DNA of 36,861 nt from Patescibacteria group bacterium UBA3458 (lineage in GTDB: Bacteria > Patescibacteriota > Minisyncoccia > Phycocordibacterales > UBA2100). The notes under the pieces were generated by a model. The model had not been told where the DNA came from, ran no database searches, and worked only from the letters and a program-made list of their open reading frames with translations. Position 1 is the first letter of the stretch; each line of letters opens with the position of its first letter. Where the stretch lies: the NCBI GenBank assembly GCA_002378745.1, contig DFRR01000013.1:1-36861 (forward strand). The letters run 5' to 3'. The position numbers and the translations under genes were made by a program. Positions 29,225 through 36,568 of this stretch are shown one piece after another.

Positions 29225-29300
29225 ATTCGTTCCTCCTCCTCTTAGCTTGGAGTATTTATGCTACCTAGGGTTTCTGCAGAAGGCAAGGGGAGGGAAAGTG

Positions 29301-29330
29301 AGTTGATAGTTGGTAGTTTATAGTTGATAG
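29301..29330. repeat. Heptamer tandem repeat, 4 copies
   Basis: AGTTGAT AGTTGGT AGTTTAT AGTTGAT AG. Confidence 0.8.
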
Positions 29331-29335
29331 GGACA

Positions 29336-29375
29336 ACACCTACTGAGATATCTGCGTAGATATCTCAGTAGGTGT
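29336..29375. repeat. Perfect 18-bp inverted repeat
   Basis: ACACCTACTGAGATATCT-GCGT-AGATATCTCAGTAGGTGT. Confidence 0.9.
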
Positions 29376-29446
29376 GTCTTGACGGGTTAGAAAAAGGGAA
29401 GAGAGCCGGCGTTTGAAATAGATGCGCCACATGCTATATTCACTTC

Positions 29447-29550
29447 GCTGGATATGCGGGTGGGTGTAACCCCTCGGAGCCCGCGTCTCTGGCACCCCCG
29501 GGATTGAGAATTGCTGCAAGCCACACAGCATGACTCTCCCGGGGGTATTT
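29447..29550 (+). ncRNA. Putative ~100-nt structured sRNA
   Basis: TTGAAA-16(TGC)-TATATT promoter; stems GCGGG/CCCGC and ACCCCCGGGA/TCCCGGGGGT; no SD-led ORF. Confidence 0.5.
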
Positions 29551-29554
29551 CATA

Positions 29555-29770
29555 TATAAAAAGAGAATCCCTGTAATCCTCCTTGATGATAGGGGATGTT
29601 ATAAAAATCGCGCAGAGGAGAGGACTTAGCACACGTTAAGGGATTATTCCCAAAGCCCAACTCCTGCTGCGCGATAACCAAACACTCGCTGCTCCATACT
29701 AGGAGAGCGCGGACACTGGTCAGGAATTCCGCCCGACCACAGTACCCTAAGAGGTGGGGGTATAGCAAGA
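29555..29770. ncRNA. Putative multi-hairpin structured RNA (strand uncertain, minus favoured)
   Basis: Consecutive stems ATCCCT/GGGGAT, ATCGCGCAG-AGGAG/CTCCT-G-CTGCGCGAT (branched), CGCTGCTCC/GGAGAGCG, GGTC/GACC, TACCC/GGGTA; T-run at the minus-strand end. Confidence 0.45.
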
Positions 29771-29881
29771 GTAACTATATATATGTCGCACAATACCCCT
29801 TCTGAGAATTTGGTGAGGTAGAAACCGAGTATCAAGTGTACTTGGTTCTTTTTAAATTAGACCTTGTATAAGGTTTACAAG

Positions 29882-30053
29882 AGTGATTCGTATTTTACTT
29901 CGAGCACCTTTCTTTCTTTCGGTTGAAAGAAATTTTGATGGTTAACTCCTTTTCAGGCACCCTCATTTCTCTTGAAAGGGAAATGACACCCTTTTCAGGG
30001 ACGGTATCCATCTAGCGGAGCCAGAAAGGTACTCGAAGTAAGTACTAATCACT
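29882..30053 (-). ncRNA. Putative ~170-nt RNA with ~31-bp closing stem and multibranch head
   Basis: 29882-29913 pairs with 30023-30053. TGC-TATAAT on the minus strand at 30066-30058 places a start near the stem end. Two CCT-GAAA-AGG hairpins on the minus strand. Confidence 0.6.
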
Positions 30054-30102
30054 TAACATTATAGCAAGGACGAGCTCCTTAAGTTATATATTTTTTAGTA
30101 TG

Positions 30103-30132
30103 CAAAAACCACCCGGAGTAGGGTGGTTTTTC
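30103..30132. terminator. Bidirectional terminator-like hairpin
   Basis: AAAAACCACCC-GGAGTA-GGGTGGTTTTT. Confidence 0.75.
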
Positions 30133-30218
30133 AATAGCAGAGGGTGGGGGAAAGGCAACTGCTTTCGTCTCTGAAAGCTCGGTGGAAAATTTGATATAAT
30201 AGTATTGCGCAGGAATAT

Positions 30219-30767
30219 ATGGAAAGTGGTTCAATACTACAAATTTTTATCGCTGGTTCGGTATCGGGTTTAATCGGCGCTTCAGTCACGGCAATTACAA
30301 GTTATTTAAGTATCTCAAAGCAACTGCATTTTGAGAGAGAGAAGTTTGAAAGAGACCTCATCTTTCGAACTAAGAGGGATAGCTATCAGGAGTTCTTACA
30401 CTTCGTTAACCGCTTTATAGTAAAAAGAACTTTTCGAGAGGAAACCAAACAAAGTGCCAGAACATCGGCTGAGATAGAGGAGATATCAAACGTGGTAGGA
30501 AAACTGGCTTTATACGCTGACCAAGAACTGCTTGCAAAGGCACATACAGTGATAAGTTGTTTTGATTCCGATATACCGACTCCACAAGAAGAATTGAATA
30601 AGGAGTGCAACCATATTCGTAACTTGCGTGACGAATTGATAAATCAGATGCGGGAGGAACTAATACTTTTCAAACCGCTCGAATACTACCAGCATGGTGA
30701 GGAAATGCCTCTAGAGGAGCCTGTTGCTTTTCCTAGACCTTACCAGTTCCCGTGGAATAAGAGTTAA
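30219..30767 (+). CDS. Hypothetical protein, N-terminal TM plus helical domain
   Basis: 182-aa ORF; TGA-TATAAT extended -10 and AGGA upstream; AT-richer than the core genes. Confidence 0.75.
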   Translation: MESGSILQIFIAGSVSGLIGASVTAITSYLSISKQLHFEREKFERDLIFRTKRDSYQEFLHFVNRFIVKRTFREETKQSARTSAEIEEISNVVGKLALYADQELLAKAHTVISCFDSDIPTPQEELNKECNHIRNLRDELINQMREELILFKPLEYYQHGEEMPLEEPVAFPRPYQFPWNKS

Positions 30768-31004
30768 GAAAAGTTTACTCCACACGTGTCTGGTGGAACT
30801 ATGTCCTCATGCTTCTCTAGGGTAGGGGTATGTCCTGAAAGTCCTATAATCGGACACTCTTTTCATTTTCTCAACGCAGCTAAGCCACAAGAAGTGTCAG
30901 TCGCACATGAGAATGACAGAACATATTAAATGCAAATCTTTTTCTCTCACCCAATTCTCACAAGAGAGGAGGGAGTAGAGCCATACTTGCATTCTCTAGT
31001 GGTA

Positions 31005-31033
31005 AGTATACTATATAGGTATGTGTCGCACAA
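31005..31033 (-). promoter_or_regulatory. Sigma70-like promoter pointing into 30770-30998, which has no long ORF
   Basis: TTGTGC-17-TATACT on the minus strand; the 12-mer TGTCGCACAATA also occurs at 29784-29795. Confidence 0.5.
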
Positions 31034-31368
31034 TATATCTTTTCCGACGTTTAATATCATTACATCCCCATAGATAAAGCCTTCGCGCACTAGACTTCTT
31101 TTGCGACTCAAGTTCCCGGCTTTTATATGGCTTGAAATGGTTTACGTTAACGAAGCAAAAGATATGTCATTGGAAAACATATCTGCTTCAAGTTCTGAGT
31201 CTCATTCAGATGTCTGTTCTACATGTGGTTCACACAACGACCCTGCTCTACTCTACCCTCTGATGAAAACGCTTCTGATATTGTGCGACGTTTGGGTTGT
31301 GTGGACGATGATATGCCTGGGAAGAAGCTGCGAGTGGCATTAGGGGTAGCAATCGAGAAATTTTCTGT

Positions 31369-32019
31369 TCAGAAAGCACCCAAAGAAATATATTTTGCTC
31401 CTCTCCGGTGAAATTCGTTTTTTAGCTTACGCATCGAGGTAAAGTCACTAGGAGTAGCCTCTTCTGGTTTTTTAAAAACTTGCGGGTGCATTAGTGCATA
31501 ACCTTCAAGAAATAACTTGAGTAGACTCGTTGGAGATATGAAAATTATTTTGCAATTTCTTTTCGATTCAAGACCCTTCCGGAGCATCGGTAATTCTTCG
31601 CTTAGATTCTCATCTCCGTTTACAATAGAGAAAGTCATATTGTTTTGAGATTCTGGCAATACGAAAGCGTGCATCATCGAACTCCTTAATTCGTACATGT
31701 ATTTTGGTGTAGCATCGGAAAGATAAGGATGCTCCACGAACGTTTTGTTTCTGTTAGTAAAGCAATAATCAGCCAGCCACTTTTCCATTGCATCGCGCGG
31801 CTTTAGGTTGAATCCGAAGTAGCAGTTATAAGCATTTACAATCACTTCCAAAAGTGAGAACGCAAGCAATATACGTATACGGGTCACCTTTTTATCTTCT
31901 CCCTCTTGTACCTCGTTGAGTGCAAGAAGTGCAGTTGTAAATTCGTCAACAATTGACGCTAAGTCCGCATCAACTTCATCAGCAGCCTCTTTATACTTAA
32001 GTGGGTCTACCGTAGACAT
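31369..32019 (-). CDS. Hypothetical protein, candidate HEPN-domain RNase
   Basis: 216 aa, apparently helical; LLAFSLLEVI helix and MYELRSSMMHAF (R-x4-H). Confidence 0.6.
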   Translation of the reverse strand: MSTVDPLKYKEAADEVDADLASIVDEFTTALLALNEVQEGEDKKVTRIRILLAFSLLEVIVNAYNCYFGFNLKPRDAMEKWLADYCFTNRNKTFVEHPYLSDATPKYMYELRSSMMHAFVLPESQNNMTFSIVNGDENLSEELPMLRKGLESKRNCKIIFISPTSLLKLFLEGYALMHPQVFKKPEEATPSDFTSMRKLKNEFHRRGAKYISLGAF

Positions 32020-32075
32020 AACGGCATTTTACCCTAAAACTCCTTGCCCCACTTCCCTTACGTGCTAGTATAAAG

Positions 32076-32150
32076 CCGGCCTCTTCCTCTTGAGAGGTTC
32101 ACCCCACAAAGCCTTGACCCCGAACGTTCACGCGTTCGGGGTCCTTTTTT
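32076..32150 (+). ncRNA. Putative ~75-nt sRNA
   Basis: TTGCCC-16(TGC)-TAGTAT; hairpin CCTCT/AGAGG with CU-rich loop; terminator GACCCCGAACG/CGTTCGGGGTC-CTTTTTT; no ATG. Confidence 0.55.
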
Positions 32151-32214
32151 ATTGACACTATAAGCCTATTTATGGCATTGTTTTTGCTGGCACAACCTTT
32201 GGGAGATGAGAAAA

Positions 32215-32367
32215 ATGCCTACTGAAGCGATTCAATTCGTTGTTCTGCACTTCCTCGCGACAGCTCTTTTTATGTTGGGCATGACGGTGCTCATCATAAC
32301 CCAAATCGACAACAAGTGCTCGCCTGAGCCGCTGCTGCCCAATATCACTACTTCGTCCATGGGCTGA
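32215..32367 (+). CDS. Small single-TM protein, unit 6 (50 aa); not in the ORF track
   Basis: MPTEAIQFVVLHFLATALFMLGMTVLIITQIDNKCSPEPLLPNITTSSMG; GGGAG RBS; TTGACA(32152)-18-CATTGT; terminator CCCGAGTC/GACTCGGG-CCTTTTCTTTTT at 32391-32425. Confidence 0.7.
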   Translation: MPTEAIQFVVLHFLATALFMLGMTVLIITQIDNKCSPEPLLPNITTSSMG

Positions 32368-32480
32368 GTCGACAGGGCGAGGACGAAAAAAGACCCGAGT
32401 CGTAAGACTCGGGCCTTTTCTTTTTGTTTTTGCAACGTCAGCTCGGTTGCTGTAGCACCTCTGTTTGCTACTATTGGGAG

Positions 32481-32578
32481 GCAGTCCGAGTTTATTCGCA
32501 GTAGGCTCGGTACTGTGAGTTGTTTTCCGACGACTGAAGACCCCAGAGCGGCGTTCGATTTGCTCTGGGGTCACTTTT
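32481..32578 (+). ncRNA. Putative ~100-nt three-hairpin sRNA
   Basis: TTGCTG-16(TGC)-TACTAT; CAGT-CCGAGTTTA/TAGGCTCGG-T-ACTG; AGTTGT-TTTCCG-ACGACT; GACCCCAGAGC/GCTCTGGGGTC-ACTTTT. Confidence 0.55.
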
Positions 32579-32639
32579 ATATATTTTAAAATATTTTTTG
32601 ATTGTCTTGTCCTGTTCCTCTCTTTTGTTAATATAACGA

Positions 32640-32745
32640 TGTGCAGTGTGGTGCTGGGGAGTTCCTGCGCTGCATAGTGTGGTGTTCTCCTTGATGCCAA
32701 CAAGAAGACCCTGGGGCTGCGTATTTGCCCCAGGGTCGCTTTTTT
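32640..32745 (+). ncRNA. Putative ~105-nt three-hairpin sRNA with the same architecture as 32481-32578
   Basis: TTGTCC-16(TGT)-TAATAT; TGTGCAGTGT/GCGCTGCATA; TGGTGTT-CTCCTT-GATGCCA; GACCCTGGGGC/GCCCCAGGGTC-GCTTTTTT. Confidence 0.55.
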
Positions 32746-32782
32746 ATACTAAAGACCAGTAATGTGTGACACCGCACGCTTC

Positions 32783-34045
32783 TTATAGGAAGTCGAGCGG
32801 GTTGAGATAACCGCTGTATGCAGAAATTGGAACATAGACGGTTGGTCCACTATTACATTTATACTGTTTGAACGATACCGCGTCAGACGCATACACAGTG
32901 AAGTGAAGGTGCGGACCGGTTGCGTATCCCGTGTTGCCCGAGAAGCCAATAAGCTCCTTGGTGCTCACACGCTGCCCCTTAACCACTTCTATTTCCGAAA
33001 GGTGTGCGTAGAGTGTGGTAAGGCCATTCCCATGCTTAATGAGGATCCACTTACCATACTGACAGTTTGGAGCGACACCGTGGTTTACTTCAACAACTTC
33101 CCCCATAAGCGCTGCATACACTGGGGTTCCTGGTGATGCTCGGAAGTCGATACCATTATGCCCACGCCCATTATAGGCGCCGGAGCGTGCAAATTCAGTA
33201 TTACCGAAATATTGTGTAATGGTGACGTTTGCAAGTGGCCAACTCAAGACACCCTTCCCTGCCGGCGGAATACTTGAGGGATCAAGAATATATTGCAGTT
33301 CTTCCTCATACGCACGCAACTGTGCCTCGAACTCCTCTTTCTCTTGTCGCTTTTCTTCCAGCAAGTCCTGATATGCTGATTCCCTGTTTTGCGTTTCCCG
33401 TAGAAGATTATTTTTCGCTTGCCGGTTCAAATTAAGCGCGTGTTGTTGTGTTGAGAGTTCTGTCTTATGTGCGACAAGATCTTGTTGCTCTGCTTCCTCT
33501 TGCAGCTTTACTACCTCAAGCGCTGCTTTCTGCGTTGCTAATTCTGTAACTTCGCCACGCACCACAAGCTGGAAACGTTGAATTGCTTCGATATCACTCC
33601 AAAGGTTTGAGACATCGTCTGATCCGAGAATGATCTCGACAAATGACATTGATTCCGATTCATGTATACGACGGAGTGTTTCTGCAAGTGCTTGTTGATT
33701 GTTTTTAATTAATGTTTCTTTTGCAGCAATATCTGCTGAAAGTTCTTGAATTTCAGCACTCGTTGCATTGATCTGTTTTTGTGCGAGGGTGATACTCGCA
33801 TTTACTTTCTGGCGCGATACATCCAATTCACGGACCGCGCTTTCCAGTGTTTGCTTCTCACGCCCGATTGAGACAAGTTGTTGTTCATACTGTTTAATCT
33901 CTGCTTCAATTGCTGCAATCTCGCTTTGTTGTTCGTTAATCTTGCCGCGGATCTCGTCTTCCGTCTGTGCGTATAGAAACAACGGTATACACGCCAAAGC
34001 GACGAAAAGAACTGAGAGAATACTATTTTGTGCAACGGTAGACAT
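32783..34045 (-). CDS. Secreted coiled-coil M23 peptidase (EnvC/CwlO-like)
   Basis: Signal peptide, long coiled coil, HNGIDF, YAHL, GNTGYATGPHLHF. Confidence 0.92.
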   Translation of the reverse strand: MSTVAQNSILSVLFVALACIPLFLYAQTEDEIRGKINEQQSEIAAIEAEIKQYEQQLVSIGREKQTLESAVRELDVSRQKVNASITLAQKQINATSAEIQELSADIAAKETLIKNNQQALAETLRRIHESESMSFVEIILGSDDVSNLWSDIEAIQRFQLVVRGEVTELATQKAALEVVKLQEEAEQQDLVAHKTELSTQQHALNLNRQAKNNLLRETQNRESAYQDLLEEKRQEKEEFEAQLRAYEEELQYILDPSSIPPAGKGVLSWPLANVTITQYFGNTEFARSGAYNGRGHNGIDFRASPGTPVYAALMGEVVEVNHGVAPNCQYGKWILIKHGNGLTTLYAHLSEIEVVKGQRVSTKELIGFSGNTGYATGPHLHFTVYASDAVSFKQYKCNSGPTVYVPISAYSGYLNPLDFL

Positions 34046-34047
34046 GG

Positions 34048-35382
34048 TTATTTCAATAGTGTCACTGCATTGTGTAGACGATTAATCGTTTCCTCCTTAC
34101 CGAGCAGTGCTGCTACGGTAAACGGGTCGGGTGACTTCTTTTGCCCAGTTAGTGCAAAGCGGATTGGCCACAATACTTCCCCGCGCCCCTGTTCTTCGGC
34201 ATATGCCCAGATACGCTCCTTCAGTGTCTCAGCGCTCCATTTTGAGCTTTCTGAAAGCAATGCAACAGCGTGGTCTAGGTGTCCTCGAACTTTCTCGAAT
34301 CGTGTGTCCTTCCAGACAAGTTCGGTAGCATCGAGAGTCTCAAGCTGGTGTAACCAGTCGAGTTCTCCAGTTTCAATCATGACGAGCACATCTGAAAACT
34401 TCTCAATACGTTCACGCAACACGGTATCAACCAGTAGTTCAAATTTCGGATGGTCAAGGAGCCACGCGCCAAAGGAGTGTTGCTGCAGGAATTGTCGTAG
34501 GTGTGCGAGATATTCATCACGTGGCAATTGTAGCAGGTGGTGTTTGTTGATTGAGTCGAGTTTTTCGTACGAAAACATTGCTGGCGAATTATTCACGCGC
34601 TCCAAACTAAATGCATTTACCAGCTCTTCTTTTGTGAAGAATTCTTTATCATCCGACGGATGCCAGCCAAGCAGTGCAAGGTAGTTTATGATGCCGGCAG
34701 GAATGTAACCGAGTTCTTTAAACTCTTGATACGTCACCGCACCGTGGCGTTTTCCGAGCTTCTTTTTGTCAGGACCAATAATGAGTGGTAAGTGTGCATA
34801 TATCGGCACGGTGCCGCCGAGCGCTTCAATAAGAAGCATCTGCCGCGGTGTTGAGGTGATGTGATCCTCTCCGCGAATGACGTGCGTGATACCCATTTCG
34901 ATGTCGTCAACAACGACACTTAAGTGGTATAACGGGTTTGTTTCAGAACGTGCAATGACAAAGTCGCCAAAGTCAGTTGTGTCGATGCTGATTTCTCCTC
35001 GTATAACATCAGTAAAGGTAATTTTCTTGTTTGGATTTCGGAAACGGATGATGTGTTTCCCCGGCTCCCCTTCCGACTCTTCTGCAACATAAGCGACATC
35101 TTTTTCAATGAGTTGCCGTAGTGCAGCAACATAGCGATCGGTGCGCTCTGACTGTCGAAACGGACCATGGTCATACTCAAGTCCGAGTGCAGTGAGTGTT
35201 TCCAGCGCGATAACCTCGAATTCCTTACTGCTGCGTTGCGTGTCAGTATCTTCAAAACGCATCACAATCTCTCCTCCCTGCTGACGCGTAAAAAGGTAGT
35301 TGAACAACAACGTACGAATATTTCCGATGTGTAAATTTCCTGTTGGTGACGGCGGAAAGCGTGTGATTATTGTATTCGCCAT
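34048..35382 (-). CDS. gltX: Glutamate--tRNA ligase
   Basis: TRFPPSPTGNLHIGN, RFEDTD, ITHVIRGEDH, KLGKR. Start at ATG 35382. Confidence 0.95.
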   Translation of the reverse strand: MANTIITRFPPSPTGNLHIGNIRTLLFNYLFTRQQGGEIVMRFEDTDTQRSSKEFEVIALETLTALGLEYDHGPFRQSERTDRYVAALRQLIEKDVAYVAEESEGEPGKHIIRFRNPNKKITFTDVIRGEISIDTTDFGDFVIARSETNPLYHLSVVVDDIEMGITHVIRGEDHITSTPRQMLLIEALGGTVPIYAHLPLIIGPDKKKLGKRHGAVTYQEFKELGYIPAGIINYLALLGWHPSDDKEFFTKEELVNAFSLERVNNSPAMFSYEKLDSINKHHLLQLPRDEYLAHLRQFLQQHSFGAWLLDHPKFELLVDTVLRERIEKFSDVLVMIETGELDWLHQLETLDATELVWKDTRFEKVRGHLDHAVALLSESSKWSAETLKERIWAYAEEQGRGEVLWPIRFALTGQKKSPDPFTVAALLGKEETINRLHNAVTLLK

Positions 35383-35386
35383 ATTC

Positions 35387-36526
35387 TTATTCTTCGTGTT
35401 TGAGTGCGGTATTAATAAGCATACGCGCAATCTTTCGTGCGGCATCAGGTTGCGCGAAGCGCTTTGCCGATTCTTCCATACCTGCGCGAACTTCTTCGTT
35501 CTCAAGGATACGATCAATCTCAGCGACCAAAATGTTTTTAGTGAGATTCTTCTGCATGATAACCACGGCTGCGCCCTCGCGTGCATAGGCAAAGGCGTTC
35601 ATGGTTTGGTCGTGTGAAATTGATTCCGGCAGTGGAATCACAATAGCCGGTAGTCCCCATGCGGCAGTTTCGAAGATACTCCCTGCCCCGGCGCGTGTGA
35701 CAATGAGCGACGCTGCTCCGGCCGCCATGCGCATTGCAAGGGTATTGAGGAATCCAAAACTGCGGTATCGGTCTTTGTGCGGATGGTCACTCAAGATGAC
35801 ATTTGCGAGCCCACGCACTTCTTCGATGTTGTCTGCACCAACCTGGTGAATAACTTGATACTTTTCAAGGAGTTGTGGCAATGCATCGAGTACTGCTGAG
35901 TTTATCGCCTGTGCTCCTTGTGAGCCACCAAGAATGAGAATGGTCGGCACATCTTCTTTGAGATTGAGATATGTAAATGCACCTTCGCGTGCCGGACGGA
36001 ACAGTACGCGACGGACAGGATTGCCAACAAGTGCAAACTTCGACTCAGCGACCCCCTTAAAATATTCTACGACTCCTGGGAATGAAATTGCGATTGCTTT
36101 TGCCCACTTTGCGGTTACGACGTTTGCGCGGCCCGGGTGCGCGTCTGATTCATGGATGATAACCGGAATACGAAGAAGGCGCGCAGCAAATGTTGTTGGC
36201 ACACTCGCGTAGCCCCCCTTACTGAAGATGACGTCAGGATACAAAAAGAAGAGCTGAATCGTCGCCTGAATGGTTCCGATGATTACCTTAACGAGGTCGA
36301 ACGCATTGCGTATCGAGAAATACCGTCGTACTTTGCCCGCGCTGCTTTTCTTCCAGACAATATTTTGTTCACTGAGCGCTTCGTAGTCGAGAACGCTCGG
36401 TCCGATGTAATAGAGCTCAGGCGCGAGAAGCTTTTCTTCCTGCACAATTTCGTGGATTTCCTCGGCAACCGCAATTATTGGATAGAAGTGCCCGCCTGTT
36501 CCCCCACCGGTAAAAACAATTTTCAT
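35387..36526 (-). CDS. murG: Lipid II N-acetylglucosaminyltransferase MurG
   Basis: GGGTGGHFYP, KGGYAS, GNPVR, GGSQGA, DQTMNA. Confidence 0.96.
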   Translation of the reverse strand: MKIVFTGGGTGGHFYPIIAVAEEIHEIVQEEKLLAPELYYIGPSVLDYEALSEQNIVWKKSSAGKVRRYFSIRNAFDLVKVIIGTIQATIQLFFLYPDVIFSKGGYASVPTTFAARLLRIPVIIHESDAHPGRANVVTAKWAKAIAISFPGVVEYFKGVAESKFALVGNPVRRVLFRPAREGAFTYLNLKEDVPTILILGGSQGAQAINSAVLDALPQLLEKYQVIHQVGADNIEEVRGLANVILSDHPHKDRYRSFGFLNTLAMRMAAGAASLIVTRAGAGSIFETAAWGLPAIVIPLPESISHDQTMNAFAYAREGAAVVIMQKNLTKNILVAEIDRILENEEVRAGMEESAKRFAQPDAARKIARMLINTALKHEE

Positions 36527-36568
36527 GCCCCTTTAGTATACCGCAGAAAATGAGGCAGTAAAAAGCCG

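Noticed and set aside
29447-29770. SRP RNA, RNase P RNA or tmRNA
   Set aside because: No SRP helix-8 CAGG-GNRA-AGCA arrangement, no GAGGAAAGTCC, and no tRNA-Ala-like ends.
29882-30053. Retron msr-msd
   Set aside because: Inverted arms are present, but there is no reverse transcriptase in the window and no long msd hairpin.
31101-31411. ORFs 31101-31343 and 31223-31411
   Set aside because: Weak starts, no RBS, overlapping each other, no recognisable motif; left uncalled.
32170-32703. 177-aa minus-strand ORF
   Set aside because: It runs antisense through + strand promoters, terminators and the unit 6 ORF; composition is not protein-like.
27720-32750. CRISPR array or integron cassette array
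   Set aside because: No constant-length identical repeats with spacers, no cas genes, no integron integrase, and no consistent RYYYAAC...GTTRRRY attC boxes; the units carry their own promoters.
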